Shown here one piece after another: positions 40,601-53,504 of a DNA stretch of 64,000 nt. The position numbers and the translations under genes are program-made. Every line of letters begins with the position of its first letter. Position 1 is the stretch's first letter. This DNA comes from Klebsormidium nitens (Eukaryota; Plantae; Klebsormidiophyceae), in NCBI GenBank assembly GCA_000708835.1, contig DF237136.1, positions 94,956-158,955 on the forward strand, written 5' to 3'. The notes under the pieces are model-generated. The model was given only the letters and a program-made list of their open reading frames with translations. It had not been told where the DNA came from and did no database searches.

Positions 40601-41160
40601 GCGGTCCAAAAAGCCAAGCCGTCCCAGCCTTTGGCTGCAATAAAGGCAAAAGAAGAAGCATCAATCAGAAATCAACCGTCACGTCTGATGACGGATCATG
40701 CGGCAACAATGCTGGCATTGAGAGAGTGCCTACCAGATATCTTTCAATACGCACTGGCAACTGTATCAAAACCTCAGGGTAGTAATCATAAGATGAAAAC
40801 GGGACTCAGCAAGCACCTGCAACAGCATTGACATCTAAGGGTGTGCCTCTGATTTCGGCAATCAAGAGACAATACCCACTGAAAACATGTGTCACCTCCA
40901 TCCCCTAGGATCCTGGCACCATACAGCGCAGGCAGCGCCAGCACCCCCAGATTGATACCAGCTGTTGCTCCCGGTCGCTGGCGATAAGCGCGCAGGAAGG
41001 GAGCGCCGGCAGCATTCTTTTCTGCCAGCGTCCCTGCCACAGCAAGAAGGATGAGACTTGCGGCTTCATGGGCGCAACCAGCACCCGGAGCAAGAAGGTG
41101 CCCCGTCAGCCAGCCCGCCAGCAGCAGCAGGAGGACTGCCTCACAGACACTGCGCTGCAT
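37642..41160 (-). CDS. DOK1: Dolichol kinase (CTP-dependent, multi-TM)
   Basis: Hydrophobic exons with ILVRKAYHVLAVAMF, FAGVLSIGVGDTL, KKTVEGTVASF and LLEAFTVQSDNAFVP. The N-terminus MQRSVCEAVLLL..GATAGINLGVLALP resembles plant DOK. Confidence 0.93.
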
Positions 41161-42450
41161 GGAGGGGGGCAGGGGGGCACTCACAGGGACAGCATTGCAA
41201 TGGAAGTTGCCTGCTACTCTTGCATGGTGCTTGTCTCTAACCCCTCGAACATTCACATCTTGCAAATTGCAATGGGGATTTCGAGAGAGTGCATATGTAA
41301 GCACTTTTCGTGAGTTTTGTTCAGACGAGGAGCCCTGCTCCGCAGTGGTGGTGCCCACTTTCTGTTCAACTGCTTTCAAACAGCTGGGTTCAGTAGGACG
41401 TTGAGATACTCGTGGAAAGGTTTCCCACATGCGTCCAATACCACCACCACCACACTGAACCCACAAAACTTCAGCTTCTCGTACAGGAGTAAGACGTCGC
41501 CAAAGCAACCCACTCTTGTCCACAGTTCTAATTGCCGCTCGCATTGGTCAGCGTCATGACCACCACACCTATCTTGAGATTTGCAGCAGCCGCCTTCACA
41601 GGTACAGCTGATCAGAACGGCCCCCTCAACGATCCCGCTTAGTTCTCACCCGAACCTCCGCTTTTCATGCATGTGCGCTGGCGAAGTCCGACCTCTTCAG
41701 CCTCTAAGTTTGAGTTTAGGGTTGCTCGCAGGAGCAGTACGAGCACAGCAAGAGCGTTACCGTGCTGTTTACCTTTATTGCCCGAGCGGCATTAGGCGGT
41801 ACATAACTGTGAAACGTAACGCCCATGACACAAGCTGCATGCCATGATGGCCCGGGCCCGGGCCCGATCCGACTCACCTGCTCACTGTCAGGCTTGCTTT
41901 GAAAACAGCTTGCATGACGTGACAACGCATGATGATAGTACTAAAGGCTATATCCATATAGATCAGATCCGGTTGTTTGCAATACATGAGTCTTTGTATA
42001 ACAAAAGTGTAGCTAGATCGTTATGAGATTGAACTTCGGAGGTTGCAGTGCGTGCAATTGAGGTTAAAGATGATTGATACGATTTTTCGCTTGAAGGTAA
42101 ATGCAGGCTACCGCAGGCCAAATTCTGGCACAATCTAAGTACGCACGAAGGCCTGCACTAATCAACCTTTGCCATCAGATCAATGTTTCGTGGAGCAAAG
42201 CAACGCATGGTTCACATGGAGTGGACGCTTACTCACAATCGTTTAAATCAATCACCGTACATTTATGTCCCGATGTCCTGGACTAAAGAATCAACCTTAA
42301 GCCCAAGGCTTATGACGCCGAGATTGTTACTTAAGCAGACTATATCGCAAAGAGGACCGTATCAACTATCATGTTACAAATGTGTAACGCGTTGCAACAC
42401 TAGAGATTCAACCAGACCCCGCTGGTTCCTCAAGACTCAGCAGTTGTACC

Positions 42451-45400
42451 CTAAGCTTTTTCGTTGCCCCCAAATCTAGAGCTTCCCATGCGAAGAGGCG
42501 AAGTGGTTGGCTCCCTGTCTCTTTTTGGTGACCCATAGCGAGACGATGGGGCACTGAAGTCGCTGTCGTAAGCATCTGCACTCCTGATGGAGGAAGTGCG
42601 GGACAGGGGCTCACTGTCTTCACCCCTGGAATCACGGGCGAGAGCGCTTGCCTTCTTACGCCACACCGCGGCTGCATGTCGCGCAAACAGCCTGGCCAGC
42701 CGAGACTTTGATTCGTCATCCAGCCGTGTCAGTGCCGTGTCCACATGCTCCGCGTCAACATCAATTGCTGCACAAAACCAAATCAACTCATGAGCATAAG
42801 GAGACACACATCCAATACTTGCTCTACGTTACAAGCCGGACCTGGTTCGACTTGTTTTACAACTTTGCGTGCTGCGACTTGCTCGCCGGTGAATACCTGA
42901 GATAACGGCATGCATAACAGGGACTGCTGATTCCCCCTGAGCTCGTTAGATCCTCCCTTACCCCTGCGAGCTCAGCGGTCAAGCCCACATGAGAACTTCT
43001 TCTGCCCGGGCTCTTCGGCTGGCGTGCTCACCTCTGAGCTCCACCTGCGGCAGCGGCCCCAGCTCCGCTGTGAGCCAGGGGTGGCGGGCGGCCTCCTCTG
43101 CGGTGGCCCGCTCGCTGGGGTCCTTCTCCAGCAGCTTCCGAAGCAGGTCCTGCAGGGGGGGGGGCAGGTGCGCCGGAATGGCGGGCTCCTCATGGAGGAT
43201 CGCCTGGTATAGGTCCGCCAACGAGTGCGACTGCGCCAGGAACGGGTACTGGCCCGTCACAAACACGTACAGGGTCACCCCCAGGGCCCACATGTCAGCC
43301 GGCTTGCCGTGGTAGGGAACGCCCTGGCAACGAGGAAGAGGGGGATCAGCATTTCGGCATCACTCGATGAGAGGCCCGCTCATTGCAGCTTGTGGAGGGT
43401 TGCTGTTTACAGTTGCGCAAAGTACAGTCAAAGCTTCTGAGCAATGGAAATGAAAACGGCGCTATACGCCGCAAGATATACCGAACGGAGCTCACCATGC
43501 AACATTCAGGGGCGGTGAAAGCGGGTGTGCCGGGCGTTCTCCGCAGCTGGTCGTTCTCGTTCTCGAAGATGTGGCTAACGCCGAAGTCACCAATCTTGAT
43601 ACGGCCATCGGCCGACATCTTCAATAGGAAAGGAGATGCAAAAGCTTAGTGTCTCTCCTCCGCTATACAACGATGTTGGGGAATCTGAAGAGAGGACGCA
43701 GTAAGTGCATGGCCAGGACGCGATTGGGCACATCCAACGAAGAATCGTGAACCGATCGTCAAAGAATCGAAGACATCCAGGCTATCGTCCACACGTATCG
43801 GATTCCTCATAATGGATGTCCCTGCCAGACCGCCCAGCAACGACGCCCCAACGTTCGGTCGCTGCTTACCATCAGATTCTCGGGCTTGATGTCCCCATGC
43901 ACGATGTTGTGGTAATGCAGATACTGCAGGCCCGCAAGAACGTCCCGTGTGTACGCCCGTGCGCGCTCCTCCCCGACCCCTCCTTCCGGGCCAGTGCCCT
44001 CGAACACCGGACCCTTCTCTTCGTACTCTAGCACCATGTAGATCTTGTCATTGTCAGGATCGTCGATAACCTGCAAAACACATGAAAGTCAATGACAGTG
44101 ATACAATGCATATCTCATCACGTGAAACGGGATGGAAATTTAGGACAGCGGCATACGGATGGCGTACAGATGACGTTCTGGAGTATCAAAATCGTTTCAG
44201 GCATGAGACATTCGACTATGCAATCTTGTCCACCACCCAAGTACAGCCCAAGATCACTGATTCAACAAACTGGTGCATTTGGGAAGCTCGTTGGTTCAGC
44301 ACAAACCTCCGAATTGGCTGAAGAAGCTCACCTCTTGCAAGGTGACAAGGTTTGGATGGTCAAGCTGTTTCATGATGGCTATCTCCCGCAGCACGTCAGT
44401 CCAAGCTGTCTCCTCTCCTGAGATGTGAACGTGCATCAACCGAGACCTGCAGGTCACAGCTGTTTCAGTCAAACCCCGAGCAGGAAATGGGTTTCAGCCA
44501 GTGTAGGCTTGTCCCTAGTCAATTCAGCAAGCAGCCCCGATTTGGGCAGAGTAATTTTCCCTCAAGGCTGTTCCCGCATAGTCCACATCATCTCGACGGC
44601 CAAGGCCCTCCAGGATAGCAAAGCAGTCAGCAAGCTAAACCAAGAGGAACAATATAACCAAGGTGGACAACGAAGATGAAGCGAAGTGTCCAGGCATAGT
44701 CGACTGGTTGTGATGTTCTTCAGCACCCTCGACTGGGAACAAGACGCTAAAGACCCAACCATATCATTGCACACATGGAGATCCATCCGTAGATGTTAGG
44801 TTGGAGTTGCCACCTCACCGATGAAGGATCTTCATGGCGTACAGCTTGCCAGTGACGCTGTCTTTGTGCAGTACAACCTTGCCGTAGCTGCCAGTGCCAA
44901 GCCGTCTCAGCTTAACGTACTGATTTACTGTCTTGTGCCCCTCAACATCCTGCGCCACATATGTACGAAAACGGAAATGATTAGTATGTGGAAAGCAAAG
45001 CTCCACAGCTACTGCCAGCAGCAGACGTTGCCACAATGGATTAAAGCCAGAAACTCTCCGTTTGCACATAACGCTTCACACGATCGGTGGCAGGATATGC
45101 ATCAACTCTTCAGAAATACGACTTGCAGAAACTCTCCAAAGGAGAACAGCAACGAGTTAAATTAGACGCACATTGGTTCGAGTGGAACAACCCCACACAA
45201 TTGTAAAAAATAAAGAAACGTTCATCCTAGCACCAACCGAATGCTGAAAGGGCCGCAAACAGACCAGACCATGTAGAGACTAAATGCTTGGCTTACCTCC
45301 CCCTCCTTGATCTGGTGCGTTTCTTTGACTCGCTTAAGCGAATCCTCTGAGCGCAGTGAATCCGACCTTTGCAATTGCAAAGAGGCAGACCGCCTAGAAC

Positions 45401-46950
45401 TTCGCCCATATGCGGTGGCGCTCTGTGAGTTCATCAGCCCCAGCGGAGGGGACCTTTCAGAGCTTGTTATGAGGTCCCCCTGCAACAGCTCCGCTCGCAG
45501 AGTGTCCCCAGCCTTTGTATGCGTGCCTGGCGAAGTATTTGATCTAAAAAGATGCTCAGAGAAAGGCCCGGAACGGAGGCCGGCTGCCTCCGACCCGGGC
45601 GTGCTGAATGGGCTGCCAATAGAGATACCCCTCATGATGACAGGGGGCGCCTGCAGCTGAAACGAATTGCTGCGCCGCAGCTCCTCTTCAATCTCTGGCG
45701 TAAGGGGAATAGTATGAGGGGCGCCGAGCTTGGAGAGCAACGCCGCACCATCTGAAGTATCTAATCCCTCCTCAGGCTCGGCCCCCCTGGAGCAAGAACT
45801 CTCCAGGTTTTCACCATTCACCAGACCCATGTCTGTCTCATAGTCCCCTTGCCGTTCCCTTGACCTTGGGCTCGAAGCAGTGGTTGCTGCCATGGCCACA
45901 CCAATTTCACGAGACCCGAAACCATGACTCAATGCCTCAGGTGTTTCTCCCCGACCCTGCCAGTGCTCTCCCGGTGGCGGATTGACTGCACTATGGCCGT
46001 CAGCATGCGGACTCAAGTCAGGGCCGGCATCACTGTGGGGACTCAATTCAGGATGTACTTCTGAGAGTGACGGGCTAAGCGGCGCTGCCGGTGACGGGTG
46101 AAGTGGTCCTCCAGCTGACCGAGACTCAAAATGTTTGACTGCCTCTTGAGTTAGCTCCCCAGGCTGCTGCCAGACCTGCCACTTAACCCCGTTGGTTAAG
46201 CTAAACTCGTTGTCAAAGTCTGCCCCAAGGAAGCTTGTCCGGAAACTTGCAGGAACCGAGTTTTCTGGCCCAAAGCTCTCGACAATCTTAGCATATGGCT
46301 CGTCTTGAATTGTTGCAAAATCATCTTGAGGGACTTCTTGGGGCTGAGACAAGTGTTGTCTGAGGGCACCTATGTCGTCAGAGTCAGTGGAAGCTCTGGG
46401 TTTCTCCTCAGGGCCAGCTCCTACTATGCCAAAGCATGATAGAAAGCCCATCCCAAGGTACCTTGCCAGCTGCAAAAAGAATGAAAAAAAAACGTGAGGA
46501 CTTCGACGATGAAAGGAAGCGCTGTTCACATTATATTTTGAAAGAAGTTGGAAAAGGAAAAAGCCCTACATACAAGGTCTTGATGTACTCACACAGTTGG
46601 CATTAGGCACCTAGACTGATTGTGGCACTTCTTACACACTTGATGAACATTGTCACCTCAGTTCAGCACTTGGTAAAGTATGCCCCGAAGATGCAAGCTA
46701 GTAGGAAGTTCATGGCTCACTCACTGCATTGACGAAAGAAGTCCACTGAAAAGAACGGTCAAACTGCAACATTGTGCCAGCTTCTTCAACCTAGCAAACT
46801 GCTCATCATCCAAAGCCCTCACAACAAGTCCAAAAGCAAGCTGCTCACCAACTGACTGAAGCTTGACTTCCGCGGCAGCTCTGAATACGCTTCTTCACTT
46901 TCAGCGGTGTCGCTATGCCCGTCTTCATGGTTCAAAGCGGTTATAGCCAT
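42451..46950 (-). CDS. GRIK: GRIK/SnAK (SnRK1-activating, CaMKK-like) Ser/Thr kinase with long N-terminal extension
   Basis: VKETH..GHKTVNQY..LGTGSYGKVVL, DVLREIAIMK, VIDDPDNDKIYMVLEY, HGDIKPENL, KIGDFGVS, LRRTPGTPAFTAPECC and ADMWALGVTLY. Starts either at ATG 46950 (upstream exon 46849-46950) or at ATG 46451 (MGFLSCFG). Confidence 0.93.
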
Positions 46951-47670
46951 GGCATCCCATGGACTGTGCACCTTCAGAAAAACTTCAGAGATAACGCATC
47001 CTTCCAGGAAACATTAAAGAAGCTTTCAAACGACCGAGAGTGGTGTCGTCACAGAAAGCAAATCAAGAAGGGGCAATAACACCACTGCAGCTGCACCCCG
47101 CGACCTTGACACGAGTAGCCTTTGCTCTTCTAACCACCTCCTCGCGCTTTTGCACTGGTGCCAGCAGCCCCTGCTGCAGCTCTGATTTTGTTTGCATGGC
47201 CCCAACGCTGCCACTGCCAGGCGGCCTCCCACTCCAGGCTACGAGTTCCGTGACCTTTGAGGAGGACACACTGAATCTGATCCTGTCCGTCGATGCTCAC
47301 CTCAAACATGGGCCTGTCTATCTCTGACCGTCCGATGAGATTCAAGAAGCTTGCAGCTGGTAACCAGCTTTTGTCCTTGCTCTTGAAGTCGCTAGAAAGC
47401 GCTTTGTAAGTCTTATAATGGTGAATTAGCGACTCCCTCATGAACAGCAAGTCCAGTTTTCGCCTGCACCTTGGCAGCCTCCTCCGTTTTCAGAACTTCA
47501 AAGATTTTCTGAGCAGCAGGTGCCAACAGTGGCAGGAGAGGGGGTCGCCTGTCGCGAACTGGAAGCTCCTTCAAGAAGTTGGTGAGACCAATCTTCCTGA
47601 GCACTCACACTATATTAGCATAGCCGTGGGCATCGAGGCGCAGGGGATAGCTTCTTGAGTGCACACAGCC

Positions 47671-50600
47671 ATGCAGCAGCCGCAGCCGACCTACGGGTAT
47701 GCGACCCCGAGTTCGTATCACGGGGGAGCGCCAGGCTATGGTGAATCAGGGCACCCTGTAGGAGAGGGCGGACAGCCTTACGGAGGTGCATATGGAAGCA
47801 CTCCGGGTGAGGGGTATGCTTACGGGACCACCTCGCAGCCTCTTTCTCACCAAAGCCCCGAGTACGTCCCCAACTATCACTCCCCCAATGGGGTGTATCC
47901 TCAGGAGCCTAATCATGCTTTTGCTGGAGGAGCCCCAAGCTATGTCGCTCCGTCTGGACCGCCACTCGAGCCCCATGCAGCAGCAAACAACTATGATACT
48001 CCAGCCCCATATGTGAATGGTCCAGTGCCTCACGGCATTTCAAACCCTAATCCGCATGGATCTGACAGGCCTCCTCAAAATGAACCCCAAGGATCATATG
48101 GAGAACCAGCTCCTTCAAATTATGGGTACACGCAGTCGTACGGGAGTACCCAGCCCTCAGGATATGAAATAGCAGGAGGGTTGCATGGGACTGCACCAAG
48201 CAGTGTTCCGCCCAGCTATGCAGAGGGACCTTCGTCATTTGGAGCTGGGCCAGCAGCTTATGTTGGAGAACAGGCCAGCATGGGTGCAACCCATGGACAT
48301 TATGCACCTGGTCCAGCAGCTGCCCCCGCCGCTTATTCACACAGCGATACTGGCTATGGAGCTTTGTATGGGGCGCAAGCGGAACCAGCAGCCTATCCTG
48401 TCTATGAGTCATCGTATGGATCTGCGCAGCCAGCTCCCTACAGCCAGCAAGCTCCGCCCCCTGCCACTTCCTCCTACTCCAACCTGCATGCGCCGTCAGA
48501 CATTGGTGCCAAGCAGCCGTCATATCTCAGCACTCCACCCCAGTCAAGCAACCCTCCATATGATAGCATCCACGCAGGCCTCAGCTCTTTGAACCTGGGG
48601 AACCCGGTCTCTAGTGCCAAGCAGCCAAACTATCTGGACAGGGCAGACTCTGGGAGCAACAATCTGAATTCTTTTAAGAGCAGCTATGGAGGGACCATCC
48701 GCTACGAAGCGCCACGCACGAGCAGCCACAGTGCACCTCGGGCTGAGTCGAGTGGCCATGGCAGGAGCAGTGCGTCGTCAGAACTGATTGATATTGTGCA
48801 GGGGCCTGGTAGCGTAGGGGGCAGCAGCTACCGGTCTGGGCGCGCTCAGCCTGCTGATACTGTGGAAGGGGAGGGGGGAATCCAGCGGTACAAGGTTCGG
48901 CTTATGCCTGAGGACGGAAGCGCAGGGTCAGCTCAGCAGGTCCAATGCCAAGTGAGTCTTCTCTGCGGTTTGTTCATGATCACATCCGGAGTTGTTCAGG
49001 ATCGTGTCTGGAGGGGCACGGTGTTTTCTACTTGAAGCATTTAAACAAGCCGCTTGAGCTGCTTTGAGATTGTCCAGTGCTGGAGAGCAGTTTTGCGTCG
49101 AGCGAAGTGCCTCCCATTGTTTGAAATTTGTCAAAGAGGTCTGGCCAGATATAGTTGTTTAAGATGTCACTTCCAAATAATTGTCAATTCCGCCTTTGGA
49201 CCGGACCTGGACTAAAGGCTAAGATTAGGCACTTTCTTGACGCGCAATCAACGCCGCTACTCTTGGGTGCAGATTGCTCTGGACGGTGTTCGCTTGTTCA
49301 ACGCTGATGGGAAGACGACGCTGCGCATCTATCCCCTTGAAAGCATCACACGGTGGGCCGTCCAGCAGCCAACGGTGTTCACGTTCTGGGCTAAGACTGC
49401 GGTGGACGTGGAGCAGAGGGCGGTCAAGCTCGCATCCAACGAGGGGACAACCACCGCAATCCTGGACACGCTGACGGCGGCGTGCGTGCAGGTGAGCAAA
49501 GCATGTTAAATTGGCGTCGAACACCTACTGCACCTAACGGCGTTTCCTTCCTGGAACATGTGTGCGTGATGATATCTAAAGTGGAGACAGTGTGTCCAAG
49601 AACGAGTGGCTAAACCACCTTTCGGGCATCTGCCTGACGATTCTTTGTGCACGTCGCACTTGAAGATTGACTCCCGAACGAACGAGTTATCATCCTGAAA
49701 TATGTGCCGCAAGAGGGCCCACTAGCAGCTTGTTGAGATTGTTATGGTCTGGTTTTTTGCGTCCTTGTATGCAGATGCTCGAGGGAGTTTTTGATAGACT
49801 CTCATGACATGGTTGCCACTTTTGCAGGTGGGAGACTTGCGCGAAAAAACTTTGGGCGTGATTGAATGCAGATGCTTGAGGGAGTGTTTGATGGACTCTC
49901 ATGACGTGGTTGCCACTTCTGCAGGTGGGAGACTTGCTCGAAAAGGATTCGGGCGGCTCTCAGCACCTGACGGCCGCATCAGTGAGTGCGGCCAGCTCGG
50001 ATAGCGCCAAGCCCAAGGGAATGTCCATTCTGGAGTGGGTCGCCAAGAAGCCTGTGGTGGAAGAAAAGCAACACTGGGTGAGTCCCTCAGCAACCTAAAA
50101 CCTGCTGGAGCCCTGCACGCTTGCGACACCATGAGAGCTGGTTTGGCCGCAACTTCTTGCTCATGAGTCTCTGCTGTTTACTTACTTTATATTCCGGGTA
50201 TCTCTTATCATGTGAGCATACAACTGAGGAATGAAACATCTCATGATTGCAACACTCGAAACATATTGCGACTTCTCTCTGGTCTATCTTGTGAGTTAGT
50301 TTGTGTCTCTTAGTTGGTGTTTCTCAAGGGTTTCCTTCAAGTCAGACCAGGCAACGGAAAATGTGGTTATTCTGGTGCAGATTCCTGATGAGACTGTGAC
50401 CAAGTGCTCCAGTTGTGGGTCGACTTTCACCGCTTTCAACCGGCGCCACCACTGCCGCAACTGCGGGGAGGTCTTCTGTGACAGTTGCACAAAGGGCAGA
50501 ATAGCTCTAACCAGCGATGAGGGAGCGCCACCAGTGCGAGTCTGCGATAGGTCAGCCGCGAGGAAGCTCTATCTTGCTTGTTAGATAAACTTGCCCCTAA

Positions 50601-52241
50601 AGTCTCCTGGCGTATGCTGGGTCGGTTCTAAGTAAGAAGTATAGACTTCCTTTACAACGAAATTGTGCAGAAAGGCCCCAGCAAGCATGTCTGTTGCACT
50701 CATGTGATGCTTCTTGACAGGGCTCACCTCCACGTGATTGCCAATGACAACCTGGCATGTGAGGTCACCTTGTCGCTAGTCGTCGCTCTCCTTCTGCAGA
50801 TGTTGGGAGGACGCAAAATGGAGCACTCAGGGAGGCTTAAAGCAGCGGCTGAAAAAAGCTGCGTTAGTTGGTCATCCTGTTTGGCATTGTGTTGCAGGTG
50901 CTTCGCAGAAGTGACGCATCGGCTACAAAACGTGCAGCCTGCAAAAGCTAAAGCTACGCCGCATATCCGGGCGACTGAAGACTTGACCAAGAAGCTGCAG
51001 GTGAGTAGTATCGCCAAGGCTGAGCTACGAAGCAGTTGTGAAGCGTGGTTCATTGAAGAGCACGCTGTGGAGAGGTTTACTTTCTTTTCCTTCAGCAAAG
51101 GGGATAACTTAGATTTCATCCTTTAAACCTTCAACGCAAATTGGGCATTACCGTCCGTGCCTCAACGACTTGCGCCTCAACGACTTGCGAACTATCGAGG
51201 CATTGAGGAATTCAAACAGGCTTGGCTTGCTCTGGCGTTTCGTTTGCTTGCGTTATGCTTTCACGTCAGGTCTTGGAAGATCTGTAGTTGTTTAGGATCT
51301 GAAACGAAGTTGATTGAATCTTTATCAATGTTCCGATTCGTTACGAAGTATTACGAACTTCGAACGAGCTCATAAAAGATTTATAAGGCATTCCTCTAAG
51401 GTAAGTGAAGTATGTTCCGTAAGCGCTCGGTATATTGTACCATCTGATTTTGCTTATGATCTGTTGTAGGCTGAGCTGGACCGCAAGAGACCCAACCCAG
51501 CGCCGGCCTCGAATAGTGGCGGGGGCGGGGGCGGCCAGACGACGGTTCTGACGTGCAAGTCGTGCGGGAGCGTCAGCCTGAGCAGCGCCGGCAACACGCA
51601 CTGCAGTGCCTGCGGGGCGGATGCGAACAAGGCCCCAGCTACTTCCTCCTCCCGGTCGTCAGGAGGGGGCAACCGCCAGGCAGCGTGGAACACGGAGGGA
51701 CCCCCTCACCTGTGGGATCAGCAGCCAGCCAAGACAGGAGAGCGCACTCGCCAAGTGGCATGTCCCACATGCACCGTGCACCTGACTGTGAGTGCTCTAT
51801 CTGTTTATCAAGTTGCGCCTGCGCTCATGCATTAATTGGTGGAGATTAAAGTTACCGCGCTTTGATTTGTTCGGAGGCAACTCGACGACTGGAGTCTTGT
51901 GCTCAGGGGGACAATGATGGCGATGAGAGGTAAACGGCTCTTCGTATTGAAAGGCGAGGTTTGCAACCCCTTCGTGCAGTTTGACCACAATCTATTCTGT
52001 CACGTCACTGATCAGGTGGTCGTACTATAGACTAGATGTTTGGTTGCTTCAAGCAGCTCTGTCTTTCATCTATGTATCTTCAAGCTGACGCTTGTGATTG
52101 CTGTATTCATCAAAAGCACACACGACTTTGCCCGACAGCTTTTCCTCTTTCCCTTTCCCTTTGCAGGTGAAAGTTCCTAGTCAGGGTACTGAAACGGTTG
52201 AGTGTGGCGTTTGCCAACACCCCTTCTTGGTCGCGGCATGA
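47671..52241 (+). CDS. FREE1: FYVE domain protein required for endosomal sorting 1 (FREE1/FYVE1)
   Basis: Pro/Tyr/Gly-rich N-terminus, PH-like region (IALDGVRL..LRIYPLESITRW), FYVE (EEKQHW/IPDETVTKCSSC..FNRRHHCRNCGEVFCDSC..VRVCDRC), coiled coil, and terminal VACPTCTVHL/..ECGVCQHPFLVAA*. Confidence 0.95.
49771..49945 (+). repeat. Tandem duplication (97-bp period) spanning a FREE1 3' splice site
   Basis: GCAGATGCTyGAGGGAGT..CTCTCATGACrTGGTTGCCACTTyTGCAG|GTGGGAGACTTGC occurs at 49771 and again at 49868. Confidence 0.9.
51159..51188. repeat. 15-bp perfect tandem duplication in a FREE1 intron
   Basis: GCCTCAACGACTTGC x2. Confidence 0.85.
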
Positions 52242-53504
52242 TCTTTCTGGTCGCGGCATAAGTTTTTGCTTGTTTTTCAATTAGAGTGCTAATTAGTTGA
52301 CCCGCTTTTAAGACTTGGGACTACCCCTGTGAACCTGTTCGACGCTTCATTTGTAAATGTAGGTACCATCCTCAAAGGCGTCTTCTGATATTCGTGGCCA
52401 TTGCAAAGGATGTACATTGAACAAACGTCTCTCACCTCTGCGAAAAGTGCTTTACAGACGATAATCAATGCCATGAATGTGATCATCGACTTTCATGCCG
52501 TTGGCAGCTTTGTCCTAATTGCGGTTGTGGACATTGGGATTCGGTAGTAATCAACAAGCAATCTGACTCGCTCCGCAATAAGTCGCAGCACTTCGTGACC
52601 CTTAATTGGCAAGGGCGTACTTAGAGTTATATGTACTTGATTTTAGTATCATACGCTCAGTGCACATCAATCGCCTGGAGCTCCATAGCTCGACCAGTAC
52701 CACTTAATCACAAGCTTGTCACCGTTGCAAAATGTTGGGCTCCTAGTCCTTCAAGCAGCCCACATCCTATACGGCCAGGCGTAAACAATGCCCTGTGACC
52801 GGGTGACCAGCACATCTAGGCGGCTTAAAGAGGGCGTCAGACTATACATACCGTCCCGGCTCGAGTTTTCTTGGACCAACTCGGAAGCACGGTGACTCCT
52901 AGCACAGTTGGCAAGGGTGCTCGACCTTCGCCATGAATTCGACCGATCGAAACTCAGTCGGAGCAACTTTTCTCCTTTTTCCGCACGCCGCGCAGGTCGA
53001 ACTCACACCGGTTTTCAAATTTCACGTCACGCGGGCAGACTTTCCCTGCGATTAAAAATCACCGTACGCGGCTGACGTCAGGCGTTACGGGTCACAGGAC
53101 GCCGGCCCTCTTTAAATCAAAATGTCCATGCCAGTTGCCAAATCTGCATGAGGCAATGTGGTGAGCAAACTTACCATTGAATGTGGAAACGTGCATGCAT
53201 GTGTAGCTACTTAGCCTTGGATGGCGCCTATATAGCTCCCGTGAGTCCCCGAAAGCTTGCGCGCGGATCAAAACGCGCAACATTCAAGCCAGCAGACCGC
53301 GGCAAACCATATGAAGTTGGGCATAAAAATTTGGCGACTCACAGGGCGCCACGTCAGCCCCCTCGACCAGAAGGCTTGCAGGGCAGGCCGAACGGGGTCG
53401 AAAAGGCCTTGAGTGCCTGGTATTAGTCATATTAGGGCCTTTCCTATAGGCAGGCAGTGACTTAGGGCGGTAAAGGGTGGCCCATGCATCAAATCCAAGG
53501 TATA

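Noticed and set aside
47026-47604. Short ORFs between GRIK and FREE1 as additional genes or conserved uORFs
   Set aside because: Non-ATG starts or no recognisable similarity; more likely UTR or intron sequence.
52289-52934. Apparent decayed ORF starting MAKVEHPCQLC on the minus strand
   Set aside because: Stop-codon density is about what random sequence gives, and no family motif is recognisable.
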